Notes under the pieces: model-generated
The model's input: the letters and a program-made list of their open reading frames with translations, nothing else
The model's database searches: none
What the model was told of the DNA's origin: nothing
Assembly: GCA_965248535.1 (NCBI GenBank)
Contig: CBDFJR010000005.1
Coordinates: 1,472,001-1,536,000 of the forward strand
DNA: 64,000 nucleotides
DNA from: Phormidesmis sp.
GTDB lineage: Bacteria; Cyanobacteriota; Cyanobacteriia; Leptolyngbyales; Leptolyngbyaceae
Direction: 5' to 3'
Program-made: the position numbers and the translations under genes
Shown here: one piece after another, positions 40,605-51,010 of the stretch
Layout: each line of letters opens with the position of its first letter
Position numbering within the stretch: the first letter of the stretch is position 1

Positions 40605-43600
40605 GTTTCAAAGTCTCCCACTCGTGGGAATTTTGAACCCGATCGAAGAGAAGCTAATCAAAGAGAAAGAGGTGCATTTCAATCCCTGGAAGGGATTTGG
40701 GGGTTTTGGAACTTTGTTCCGATACCTGAAAAGGTTCAGCAAGTGTGATTTCAATCCCTGGAAGGGATTTGGGGGTTTTGGAACTGACTGGCTGGAACAC
40801 GGAGTAACGCTTTCACCGATCGTTTCAATCCCTGGAAGGGATTTGGGGGTTTTGGAACATACAAGCTCCATGGCTGTCAGGAAGGCGGAGACAAGCTCCC
40901 CGTTTCAATCCCTGGAAGGGATTTGGGGGTTTTGGAACGGATCATCACAAGTAGTCCAGTGAGCGGCTGTGAGTTTCAATCCCTGGAAGGGATTTGGGGG
41001 TTTTGGAACGCAGTGAAGCTGCGGTAAATCCAGAAATGCCTTGTTTCAATCCCTGGAAGGGATTTGGGGGTTTTGGAACGGTGCCACTTTTCAGAAAACC
41101 AAAGCTAATGCTCAGTTGGGCAAGTTTCAATCCCTGGAAGGGATTTGGGGGTTTTGGAACTCGCGCTGCCGGAACTTGCCCACTATCGCAGCCTGAGTTT
41201 CAATCCCTGGAAGGGATTTGGGGGTTTTGGAACAGCCGATCGTCCAACGACAAATCTATAAGGTTTTCCGTTTCAATCCCTGGAAGGGATTTGGGGGTTT
41301 TGGAACCGATCGCCAGCTTGCCGATGCTGCATATTGAACCCGTTTCAATCCCTGGAAGGGATTTGGGGGTTTTGGAACTGATGAAGCGTTGCACCTGCAA
41401 ACCCAGCGAGGTTGGAAAGGTTTCAATCCCTGGAAGGGATTTGGGGGTTTTGGAACTGCCTGACAGTTTCAGACGATACACAATCTCTTACGTTTCAATC
41501 CCTGGAAGGGATTTGGGGGTTTTGGAACAAATAAAGCTAATCACAACCTGATAGACGTTCTCTAGTTTCAATCCCTGGAAGGGATTTGGGGGTTTTGGAA
41601 GCTTATAGTTTCATCTGCCTACGCACCAAACTTAGTTTCAATCCCTGGAAGGGATTTGGGGGTTTTGGAACTGTGATGCCTATCCGAGCGAGGGCACGCG
41701 GGAATGGTTTCAATCCCTGGAAGGGATTTGGGGGTTTTGGAACGCAATGCTCATCGCCCAGGGGTTTCTCACTGGCGGTTTCAATCCCTGGAAGGGATTT
41801 GGGGGTTTTGGAACATCCAGATACCTTTATCCGGTACTTGATTACTATATGTTTCAATCCCTGGAAGGGATTTGGGGGTTTTGGAACATAGACGATTATT
41901 TTGTGTAAGTACCGTTAAGGGTTTCAATCCCTGGAAGGGATTTGGGGGTTTTGGAACAATTTAGCTTTAAGAAGTCCGCCCGGTTGCACCTCGTTTCAAT
42001 CCCTGGAAGGGATTTGGGGGTTTTGGAACTCAACCGTTCGACCGAAACGCGGCCTGTAGCTGGTTTCAATCCCTGGAAGGGATTTGGGGGTTTTGGAACT
42101 CCATGCTGCTGCTCTCCGTTTTCTGGCCATGTTGGTTTCAATCCCTGGAAGGGATTTGGGGGTTTTGGAACGGGTGAGAATTGTTTGCTTCAGTCCAGTC
42201 AATCCAGGTTTCAATCCCTGGAAGGGATTTGGGGGTTTTGGAACGATATTCGCTACGCCAGAGCGATCGACCTGCAAGGTTTCAATCCCTGGAAGGGATT
42301 TGGGGGTTTTGGAACACCAGAGCGACGAAGTGAAGCCACGATCGCAGATGTTTCAATCCCTGGAAGGGATTTGGGGGTTTTGGAACGTCATAAAAAAGCA
42401 GTCACAGAAGAACCCGCCGATCGGTTTCAATCCCTGGAAGGGATTTGGGGGTTTTGGAACGTGCCCAGTTATGGCGATGGAGCCAGCACAAAAGAAGTTT
42501 CAATCCCTGGAAGGGATTTGGGGGTTTTGGAACAGTTAAGCGGGGATTCTACAGCCTTAGTTTGTCTGGTTTCAATCCCTGGAAGGGATTTGGGGGTTTT
42601 GGAACGCCCGATTGATCTCCCCGATCGCTCTGACAATCTCGATCGGTTTCAATCCCTGGAAGGGATTTGGGGGTTTTGGAACATGAGTGTTTACATTGCA
42701 CTCATGGAAAAACGACTAGGCTAGTTTCAATCCCTTCCAGGGATTTGGGGGTTTTGGAACGAAATATCAGGTAAAGTATTTCTCGATAAACCTTTGTTTC
42801 AATCCCTGGAAGGGATTTGGGGGTTTTGGAACATCTGTAGAGATTCCCGTGCATAGAGAGGAAGGAATGTTTCAATCCCTGGAAGGGATTTGGGGGTTTT
42901 GGAACGTTTATACTAGTACTGAATTTAGTAGGTAGATTCTGTTTCAATCCCTGGAAGGGATTTGGGGGTTTTGGAACCTATTAGGTTTTTGGGGCGTGTC
43001 GACTTTGGAGATGTTTCAATCCCTGGAAGGGATTTGGGGGTTTTGGAACGCTTCAGATCATAGGGTATGTGTTACCCTAACCCCGTTTCAATCCCTGGAA
43101 GGGATTTGGGGGTTTTGGAACTATAATACAAACCTACTAATACAAACCTACTAATACAGTTTCAATCCCTGGAAGGGATTTGGGGGTTTTGGAACCAAGA
43201 TAGTTATCAAGCTATCGTAAGGTCAGATAATGTTTCAATCCCTGGAAGGGATTTGGGGGTTTTGGAACTTAGAGGCTAGCCACTCTCCTATTACATACAG
43301 TCCGTTTCAATCCCTGGAAGGGATTTGGGGGTTTTGGAACTTACTACTACAAAACTAAGTACACTAACTACCTATTGTTTCAATCCCTGGAAGGGATTTG
43401 GGGGTTTTGGAACGCCCGCAGTATTCTGGGGAGGGGTGGCTAAAAAAGGTTTCAATCCCTGGAAGGGATTTGGGGGTTTTGGAACCCGGGGTTAAGGGCC
43501 GACAATGCGTTTTAGTTAAAGTTTCAATCCCTGGAAGGGATTTGGGGGTTTTGGAACAGTTTCTAACCATGTCTAATTATCTATCTTCATCTGGTTTCAA

Positions 43601-46600
43601 TCCCTGGAAGGGATTTGGGGGTTTTGGAACAATCTAGGAATTAAGAGATAGAGATAGAGATATCGTGTTTCAATCCCTGGAAGGGATTTGGGGGTTTTGG
43701 AACGCATTCTATCGTTGAGACCTTTACGGCAACTTCACAAGTTTCAATCCCTGGAAGGGATTTGGGGGTTTTGGAACCAGAGAGCCGCAAAGCGGAGCAA
43801 GTCGGGGTAGGGCATATCCACGTTTCAATCCCTGGAAGGGATTTGGGGGTTTTGGAACCCATGAGTGTCATCGTTCGTGGGGTTGATCAAAATGTTTCAA
43901 TCCCTGGAAGGGATTTGGGGGTTTTGGAACTGGATTGTCATCGCAATTAGCGGCGTAATCGGGCTGTTTCAATCCCTGGAAGGGATTTGGGGGTTTTGGA
44001 ACACTGCGGCGCGGATTTCCGTGGATTCAATTAACCGTTTCAATCCCTGGAAGGGATTTGGGGGTTTTGGAACGGCAAGGACTCGATCGGGTGGCACGCT
44101 GACAAACGTTTCAATCCCTGGAAGGGATTTGGGGGTTTTGGAACTCTCGCCAAATGGTCTGGTAGTCATGCCAGATGCCGTTTCAATCCCTGGAAGGGAT
44201 TTGGGGGTTTTGGAACCACCGCAAAACTCAGACAGCGCGGGCTGATTCAAGTTTCAATCCCTGGAAGGGATTTGGGGGTTTTGGAACCGTGTTGCCTCTG
44301 CCATTCAGGTCAGCGGTGGTCAGTTTCAATCCCTGGAAGGGATTTGGGGGTTTTGGAACCCTTCCTATTTCTGGCTTCTGCATCAGTTCTACAGTTTCAA
44401 TCCCTGGAAGGGATTTGGGGGTTTTGGAACCTATGGGCAGAGCAGATGATGGGCGCGATCGAGGGGTTTCAATCCCTGGAAGGGATTTGGGGGTTTTGGA
44501 ACCAGTTCCACGATCGCTTTCTCAACCCATCTTAAAAGTTTCAATCCCTGGAAGGGATTTGGGGGTTTTGGAACCGAACAAACTCGCGGTGCGCGTCAAC
44601 TAACGCCGCCGGTTTCAATCCCTGGAAGGGATTTGGGGGTTTTGGAACTATTCGTCGGGCATCAATGAAGAGAGACTCCTCTCGTTTCAATCCCTGGAAG
44701 GGATTTGGGGGTTTTGGAACGCAACTTCAACAATTGGGCAAAAATCAAGCCGCTGGGTTTCAATCCCTGGAAGGGATTTGGGGGTTTTGGAACCTCGCCC
44801 ATGCCCGTCTGGTCGATTGCCATCCGCACGTTTCAATCCCTGGAAGGGATTTGGGGGTTTTGGAACGCTTAAAGAAGAGATTGCTGCACAGGCACTGGCG
44901 GGTTTCAATCCCTGGAAGGGATTTGGGGGTTTTGGAACATCCGCATCCTCAATACACCACTGAGGCAGAGGTAGTTTCAATCCCTGGAAGGGATTTGGGG
45001 GTTTTGGAACATTCAAGATAGTATCGGCGGCGTTCAGCAGGCGCTTGTTTCAATCCCTGGAAGGGATTTGGGGGTTTTGGAACTTTATATCATTCTCCTG
45101 ATGAGCTAGGTTTTCAATCGTTTCAATCCCTGGAAGGGATTTGGGGGTTTTGGAACCTGCACATCGCACTCAATCCGCGCTCAATCAAGCGTTCGTTTCA
45201 ATCCCTGGAAGGGATTTGGGGGTTTTGGAACTCTCGGTCTCTTTCTGAGCGTCAATCTTCTCCTGTTCGTTTCAATCCCTGGAAGGGATTTGGGGGTTTT
45301 GGAACGTTTTGGCGGGTGACATCGGTGGAACCTTGAGCGCGTTTCAATCCCTGGAAGGGATTTGGGGGTTTTGGAACCTGACGACCCGTAGCAGTCTTCT
45401 TCTGCGCTTCGACGTTTCAATCCCTGGAAGGGATTTGGGGGTTTTGGAACGTCCACTTGTGCAGATGGGCGACTCTGCGATTCACTGGGGGAATGTTTCA
45501 ATCCCTGGAAGGGATTTGGGGGTTTTGGAACTCACCTTCGCCTACTGCTCTCCTGAGCTATGGCGATCGTGGGTTTCAATCCCTGGAAGGGATTTGGGGG
45601 TTTTGGAACCTACCACTCGATAGGGATTGAAACTGTTATACTTTGTTTCAATCCCTGGAAGGGATTTGGGGGTTTTGGAACATCATGACTAATGTAGTCA
45701 CGCAGTTCGCTTCCGTTTCAATCCCTGGAAGGGATTTGGGGGTTTTGGAACAAACTCATCACCTTGTTCGCCTGTCTCAATCTCGGTTTCAATCCCTGGA
45801 AGGGATTTGGGGGTTTTGGAACCAGGGGAGATCGCCTTCAGTGAAACCGAGAAGCCGGTTTCAATCCCTGGAAGGGATTTGGGGGTTTTGGAACGACTGC
45901 GACTATCCCGGCGAAGTTACACCACTTCCAGAAGATCGAGTTTCAATCCCTGGAAGGGATTTGGGGGTTTTGGAACAAGCCGATTCTCGAAGGAATGCTA
46001 CAGGTTGTCATCGTTTCAATCCCTGGAAGGGATTTGGGGGTTTTGGAACCTTTCTGCGTTGCGCTGAGGGAGGGGCTTTCCCGCCGTTTCAATCCCTGGA
46101 AGGGATTTGGGGGTTTTGGAACCGGCTGCTCACGGTTGCAAATCCATCGACCAAGGACGTTTCAATCCCTGGAAGGGATTTGGGGGTTTTGGAACGTGTC
46201 CTTCCCCGCAGGGTTTCCCCTTGCGGTCAAGTTTCAATCCCTGGAAGGGATTTGGGGGTTTTGGAACAAAAATCACTAGCTGTACTGTCCTCCTCTAGCA
46301 AAGTTTCAATCCCTGGAAGGGATTTGGGGGTTTTGGAACAGGAGGCTAATCCTTCACCTTGATTGAGAGGCGTTGTTTCAATCCCTGGAAGGGATTTGGG
46401 GGTTTTGGAACCGCCTGTTGACTTTTTGAACTCACTCACGGAAGCCGGTTTCAATCCCTGGAAGGGATTTGGGGGTTTTGGAACCTGTTAAGTCAATCCC
46501 GATTGCTCTCCCCCCAAGTTACCGTTTCAATCCCTGGAAGGGATTTGGGGGTTTTGGAACCTTGGGCGATTTGATCGGTTGGGAGGGTTTGGAGATTCAT

Positions 46601-47318
46601 GTTTCAATCCCTGGAAGGGATTTGGGGGTTTTGGAACCTGTCGAGCAGCTTCTGAGCAGCAGTACCGGAAGCGGGGAAGTTTCAATCCCTGGAAGGGATT
46701 TGGGGGTTTTGGAATCTGTTCAGTGTTCCACGCTGCCGATATTCAAGTTTCAATCCCTGGAAGGGATTTGGGGGTTTTGGAACAGCCTATAAACTCTGAG
46801 CAAGTTGCGCGACTGGTGGGTTTCAATCCCTGGAAGGGATTTGGGGGTTTTGGAACACTGATGCCGCCAATGATCGCGTGTAAGCATGGTTGTAAAATCA
46901 GTTTCAATCCCTGGAAGGGATTTGGGGGTTTTGGAACCTGACCAGCCTGTCACAAATCAGGAGTCTTTAAAGGTTTCAATCCCTGGAAGGGATTTGGGGG
47001 TTTTGGAACGCTCCAGCCTCTGACGGTCTAATGTCTTGTTCAGCTTTTGGTTGTTTCAATCCCTGGAAGGGATTTGGGGGTTTTGGAACTCAGCAACTAT
47101 TGAAATTCAATTGATACAATCTTATCAAGTTTCAATCCCTGGAAGGGATTTGGGGGTTTTGGAACTAAAAATATACTCCATCATAAGCCTTGATTCAGTT
47201 TCGTTTCAATCCCTGGAAGGGATTTGGGGGTTTTGGAACTGAAATGAAGACCTTGCCAAAGCTGACACAGCCTGTTTTAGAGTTTCAATCCCTGGAAGGG
47301 ATTTGGGGGTTTTGGAAC
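40605..47318 (-). CRISPR. Type I-D CRISPR array; 37-nt repeat GTTCCAAAACCCCCAAATCCCTTCCAGGGATTGAAAC; about 91 spacers
   Basis: About 91 near-identical repeats (40676-47318) plus a divergent trailer (40605-40638); spacers about 31-45 nt. Orientation from the ATTGAAAC 3' end and the leader next to cas2. Counted by eye. Confidence 0.98.
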
Positions 47319-47569
47319 TTGCGGGAGCCTGTAACCCTGACTGAATTTAGTTTTCAAGGTACAGTTGCGCGGACTATCGAAATTATACCATCGTGAACCC
47401 TGACGCACGAATAAACTCTCCATAACCATTACATCAAAATCCATACCTGCTTTGCACCTGGGAGACTGCGCGGATCGCCTCACCGCCATAAAACCCACCT
47501 AACCCTTATACAGTCATCACCTCAGCCCCTAAAATAGCCCATTTGCCTCAACATCTACCCCTCCGCGCA
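47319..47569 (-). promoter_or_regulatory. CRISPR leader with promoter
   Basis: TG-G-TATAAT on the minus strand at 47390-47382; three copies of TGCGCGGA. Confidence 0.75.
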
Positions 47570-47842
47570 TTAGACAAAGAAAATCGACTCATCGCGCACC
47601 TGCACCCCGCCAATCCGCTCTACCTTCGCCTGACAGCACGCACAGAGAAAATAGAATCGCACACTATCTTGCTCTGGCTTGATCATCTTGCTCAATCTAG
47701 CTCTTAGCTTGGCATATTCAGCATCCGTCAAATTGCACTCAAATAAACTAAACTGCATCCACTGCCCATAAGACTTCAAAGCCTTGTGAATCTTGGTGCG
47801 GCGTTTGTCTTCTGGAATATCGTAAGCGATCAGAACGTGCAT
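47570..47842 (-). CDS. cas2: CRISPR-associated protein Cas2
   Basis: IAYDI and YGQWMQFSLFEC motifs. Confidence 0.97.
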   Translation of the reverse strand: MHVLIAYDIPEDKRRTKIHKALKSYGQWMQFSLFECNLTDAEYAKLRARLSKMIKPEQDSVRFYFLCACCQAKVERIGGVQVRDESIFFV

Positions 47843-47871
47843 GAATGTTGGTCTATCAATAGGGCAGCAAA

Positions 47872-48876
47872 CTACTTGAGAATAAGCGGCGGATATTGGT
47901 CTGTCTCACCCATCAGATATTTCCCCAGCAATCGCGCTTGGATTTCAAATGCCTCCTGATAACTGCACTTTCGACCCATCACTGGATGTTTAAACTCCGA
48001 TTGTTTCTTCTGCTCATAAGCCCGCAAAAACGATCGCCGCCCTTCATCTGACAGCGACACGGCCCCACTCAATGGCTCTGTTGTGAAATCATCGGGCGTT
48101 AAGACTCGGCGATTGATCACCGACAGCACCATTGCATCGACTACGATCGGGCGAAACTCTTCCATCAAATCAAGTGCCAACGACGGTCGCCCATAGCGTT
48201 CGACGTGCAGATAGCCCAAATAGGGGTCAAAGCCCACAATATTCACTGCACTCTGCACATCATTAGCCAGCAGTGAATACCCAAAACTCAGCAGGGCATT
48301 CACAGGATCGGTCGGGGGGCGGCGATTGCGAGTCTCAAACCGAAACTCTTTGACTCGAATCAGGTGAGCAAAACTACCAAAATAAGCGGCGCTCCCGGCT
48401 CCTTCTAACCCCCGCAGCGAGTCAATCTTTTCAGTGGTGTTGATGGGCGCGATCGCTTGTTCGAGTTTGGCGATCGCCGCCTGCAAATCCAATCCCTGAT
48501 TTTCTCGTTGAGCACGCAGCAAACTATGGCGATAGTTTTTTAGCTTGCCCCGAATGAAGCCCCGCACGACGTGCACCGCCTGTGCCGATTCTCCGCTAGC
48601 TTTCCACTGCGCCGATCGCACAAAAATATTCTTTGTCAATGGTGGCTCTAATCGCCCCAAATAGCGACCTGTGCCCGTCAAAAAACTGAGGGGAATTTTG
48701 CGCTCCAATAGCTCGATCATCGCTGCCGGAGAAATGGTGGCCCGTCCCAACACCACCACGCCATCGACTTTAATCATTGGCACATCTAGCAGCGTTTTCT
48801 TTTGTGCTTTCACCTGCAATCGTTCATCGGTTTTACCAATAAACGCATCGTCTTGAGTAATGTAAACCGTTCCCAT
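47872..48876 (-). CDS. cas1: Type I-D Cas1 integrase
   Basis: LRGLEG, RRPPTDPVNALLSFGY and SLALDLMEEFR motifs. Confidence 0.97.
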   Translation of the reverse strand: MGTVYITQDDAFIGKTDERLQVKAQKKTLLDVPMIKVDGVVVLGRATISPAAMIELLERKIPLSFLTGTGRYLGRLEPPLTKNIFVRSAQWKASGESAQAVHVVRGFIRGKLKNYRHSLLRAQRENQGLDLQAAIAKLEQAIAPINTTEKIDSLRGLEGAGSAAYFGSFAHLIRVKEFRFETRNRRPPTDPVNALLSFGYSLLANDVQSAVNIVGFDPYLGYLHVERYGRPSLALDLMEEFRPIVVDAMVLSVINRRVLTPDDFTTEPLSGAVSLSDEGRRSFLRAYEQKKQSEFKHPVMGRKCSYQEAFEIQARLLGKYLMGETDQYPPLILK

Positions 48877-48900
48877 TGTTTTAAATTTTATTTAGGTAAT

Positions 48901-49491
48901 TTACGCTTCTTGATATCGACTCACTTTTGCGGCTGCTTTTGGTAAGCACTGCCGATGCAAGCTGCATCCCTCACAGCGTTTTGTGTAGACAGCAGCAGGC
49001 ATTGCTCCGGTGACTAAAAGAGTTCTGACTGATTGAATGGTCTCGATCGTCGCCGCCCTCAACGCTGCCGAAATCTCTACTAACTGCCGTTGGTGAGACT
49101 GAGCATAGTAGATATAGCCTTGAGTCACAGGCTTTCCCGTCATATCTTCTAAACAGAGCGCTTGGGCACAGACTTGCAGTTCATCATTGTCAAACTCACC
49201 GCGATGGCTGCGCTTATATTCAACTGGAACCCACTGTCCATTGCTCTCTTCGACTAGATCCGCTTTGCCGATTAACCCATAGCGATCGGACTTCAACCAA
49301 ATCGCCCGCAGTTGCCAAACCTCTTCTCGGTGTCCGTCGCCTAAAGTGTGCACCCGATCGTGAAGCTGAGTGCCCTCGATCGTGTATTGGTTGTCAGTAA
49401 ACTCCCCGGCACAAACCATCCGCCAACAGCGATGGGGACAATAGCTGTATTGATTGAGAGCCGCGATCGTCACATATTCAACGGTTTCCAC
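48901..49491 (-). CDS. cas4: Cas4 nuclease
   Basis: YCPHR, GKADLVE, PVEYK, QVCAQALCLE and C-terminal CxxCS..C. Confidence 0.95.
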   Translation of the reverse strand: METVEYVTIAALNQYSYCPHRCWRMVCAGEFTDNQYTIEGTQLHDRVHTLGDGHREEVWQLRAIWLKSDRYGLIGKADLVEESNGQWVPVEYKRSHRGEFDNDELQVCAQALCLEDMTGKPVTQGYIYYAQSHQRQLVEISAALRAATIETIQSVRTLLVTGAMPAAVYTKRCEGCSLHRQCLPKAAAKVSRYQEA

Positions 49492-50302
49492 GCGCTACCC
49501 TCCTGATCATGCCCATGCCCATCGGAGTCTTGCGTCCAATGCCGCTATAGAGTGCAAAATCTGCCAGCGCATTAATCTGTTTGATCATCACTGGCTCAAC
49601 ATTTCCTAAAATGCGAAAGTTAATTGCTCCGACACACCCAATAAACTTGCTGCGACTGTCAGCTACAATCTCAGTGCGAATATTAAAAAAGCTAGGAAAA
49701 ATACACTCCACTAACGCTTCAGAAAACGTGAAGCCACTGTGCTGATTCCAACGCCGCAACAGACTGTTAAACACTAAATCTCGCGTCGGCAAAGCAGAGT
49801 CAAACTGCATCTGTCGAAAAGCAGTCGGAGTGCAAAACACAAAATCAAGCTGGCGATCGCTCTCTGATGCCTGCTCATAAAGTTGATCGTAGGTGGCAAA
49901 ACTTGCCCAAGGCTGCCCACTTTGGGGCGTGCCTAAAATGCTCGTAATCGATAAATCTGCGGCACCCAAATGCCAAGGCTGACTGGGGTTAAGATTTAAC
50001 CAAAGCTGAGTCAATTGGGAGAATAAGCGATCGTCCAACAGCGAAACTCGCCACCAGCAGGGTGTTCCGGCAGCGATCGCCTGTGAATGTTCCCATTGCA
50101 GAGTGTGCGATTTTTGAGAACGGCTTTGTAATGGACTCAGCGTAAACGCCTTATCCGTAGTCTGAGCATGAAGCTGATCGCCCAGTTTTTGATCTACGGA
50201 ACTGACCAACGTTAGAAACAGTGCATGGAGATGTTTGCCCGTCAGATACCCCGATGAAATCGGCGATCGAGGCAGCAGATTGAGAATTAAACTGTGCGGC
50301 AT
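49478..50302 (-). CDS. cas6: Cas6 endoribonuclease
   Basis: C-terminal G-rich loop GIGRKTPMGMG. Confidence 0.95.
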   Translation of the reverse strand: MPHSLILNLLPRSPISSGYLTGKHLHALFLTLVSSVDQKLGDQLHAQTTDKAFTLSPLQSRSQKSHTLQWEHSQAIAAGTPCWWRVSLLDDRLFSQLTQLWLNLNPSQPWHLGAADLSITSILGTPQSGQPWASFATYDQLYEQASESDRQLDFVFCTPTAFRQMQFDSALPTRDLVFNSLLRRWNQHSGFTFSEALVECIFPSFFNIRTEIVADSRSKFIGCVGAINFRILGNVEPVMIKQINALADFALYSGIGRKTPMGMGMIRRVARGNR

Positions 50303-50304
50303 TG

Positions 50305-51005
50305 CTAGGTAAATCGATAGTGCATCTGAGCCGGAATTTTGAGCTTACTGTCTTCAAAGCTGTAGTATTCACCTTGAATCCGAACGTTGCGAATCAAGCT
50401 TACAGGAGGCATATTCACCGTGTCGTAGCTGAGAACCTGATGAGTAAACATCACATCCAGCGGATTGAGGGGATAAGGAAAAATAAAATCACCCCGCGAT
50501 CGCTTTGGCTTTAGCAACTCCTCCACCCTCACTTCTGCCTTACTCATCCACTTACCCAACCGAATCCATTGAGGAAGTTTGAGCGGTTTATCAGACAAAA
50601 TAAAACACTCAAACTGACTCTCAGGCGCAATCTCCTTGGCTCTACCAAAACTTGGAATGTTCTTCTGAGTTTTTTCCATCTCAACATGATAGTTGTTGTT
50701 AGCATACTTCCAAGTGTTGAGAACGGCAGCGTGATTGAGCGATCGGGCAGGCGTGACATAGATTCCCTGCTGGTTGAGCGGCGTTAAATGCTCGGCATAT
50801 TTAGGAATCTGCTCAGGGCAGAAGTAGCGATAAGAATGCTCTTCGGCAACAGTTGTGGAGTAGCGATCGCTATCGACAAACCCAGCGCATAACACAGGGC
50901 ATAGTTGTGCAAAATGGGTTCGGTTTCATAGAGTCGCCCAATTTCACGAGTCGCATAGTAGAGGCTGTCGTGAAGCTCGATCGTGCAGCGATAAAGATGA
51001 GTCAT
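50305..51005 (-). pseudogene. cas5d: Cas5d/Csc1 with one frameshift at ~50880 (possibly a sequencing error)
   Basis: ATREIGRLYETEPILHNYALCYALG in one frame, continuing FVDSDRY...WIRLGKW in another; one base missing at ctgggtttgtc. Confidence 0.88.
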
Positions 51006-51010
51006 CAGCT

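Noticed and set aside
43778..43821. Spacer with GGGTAGGGCATA resembling the element at ~7079-7090
   Set aside because: Only a short gapped match; too weak to claim targeting of the element.
45453..45467. 15-nt match CACTTGTGCAGATGG between a spacer and the duplicated segment near 22054 and 23705
   Set aside because: Flanks do not match; one 15-mer hit among about 3 kb of spacers against both strands of 64 kb is plausible by chance.
40585..47498. Many ORFs across the CRISPR array
   Set aside because: They are translations of the repeats (FNPWKGFGGFGT, VSIPGRDLGVLE), not genes.
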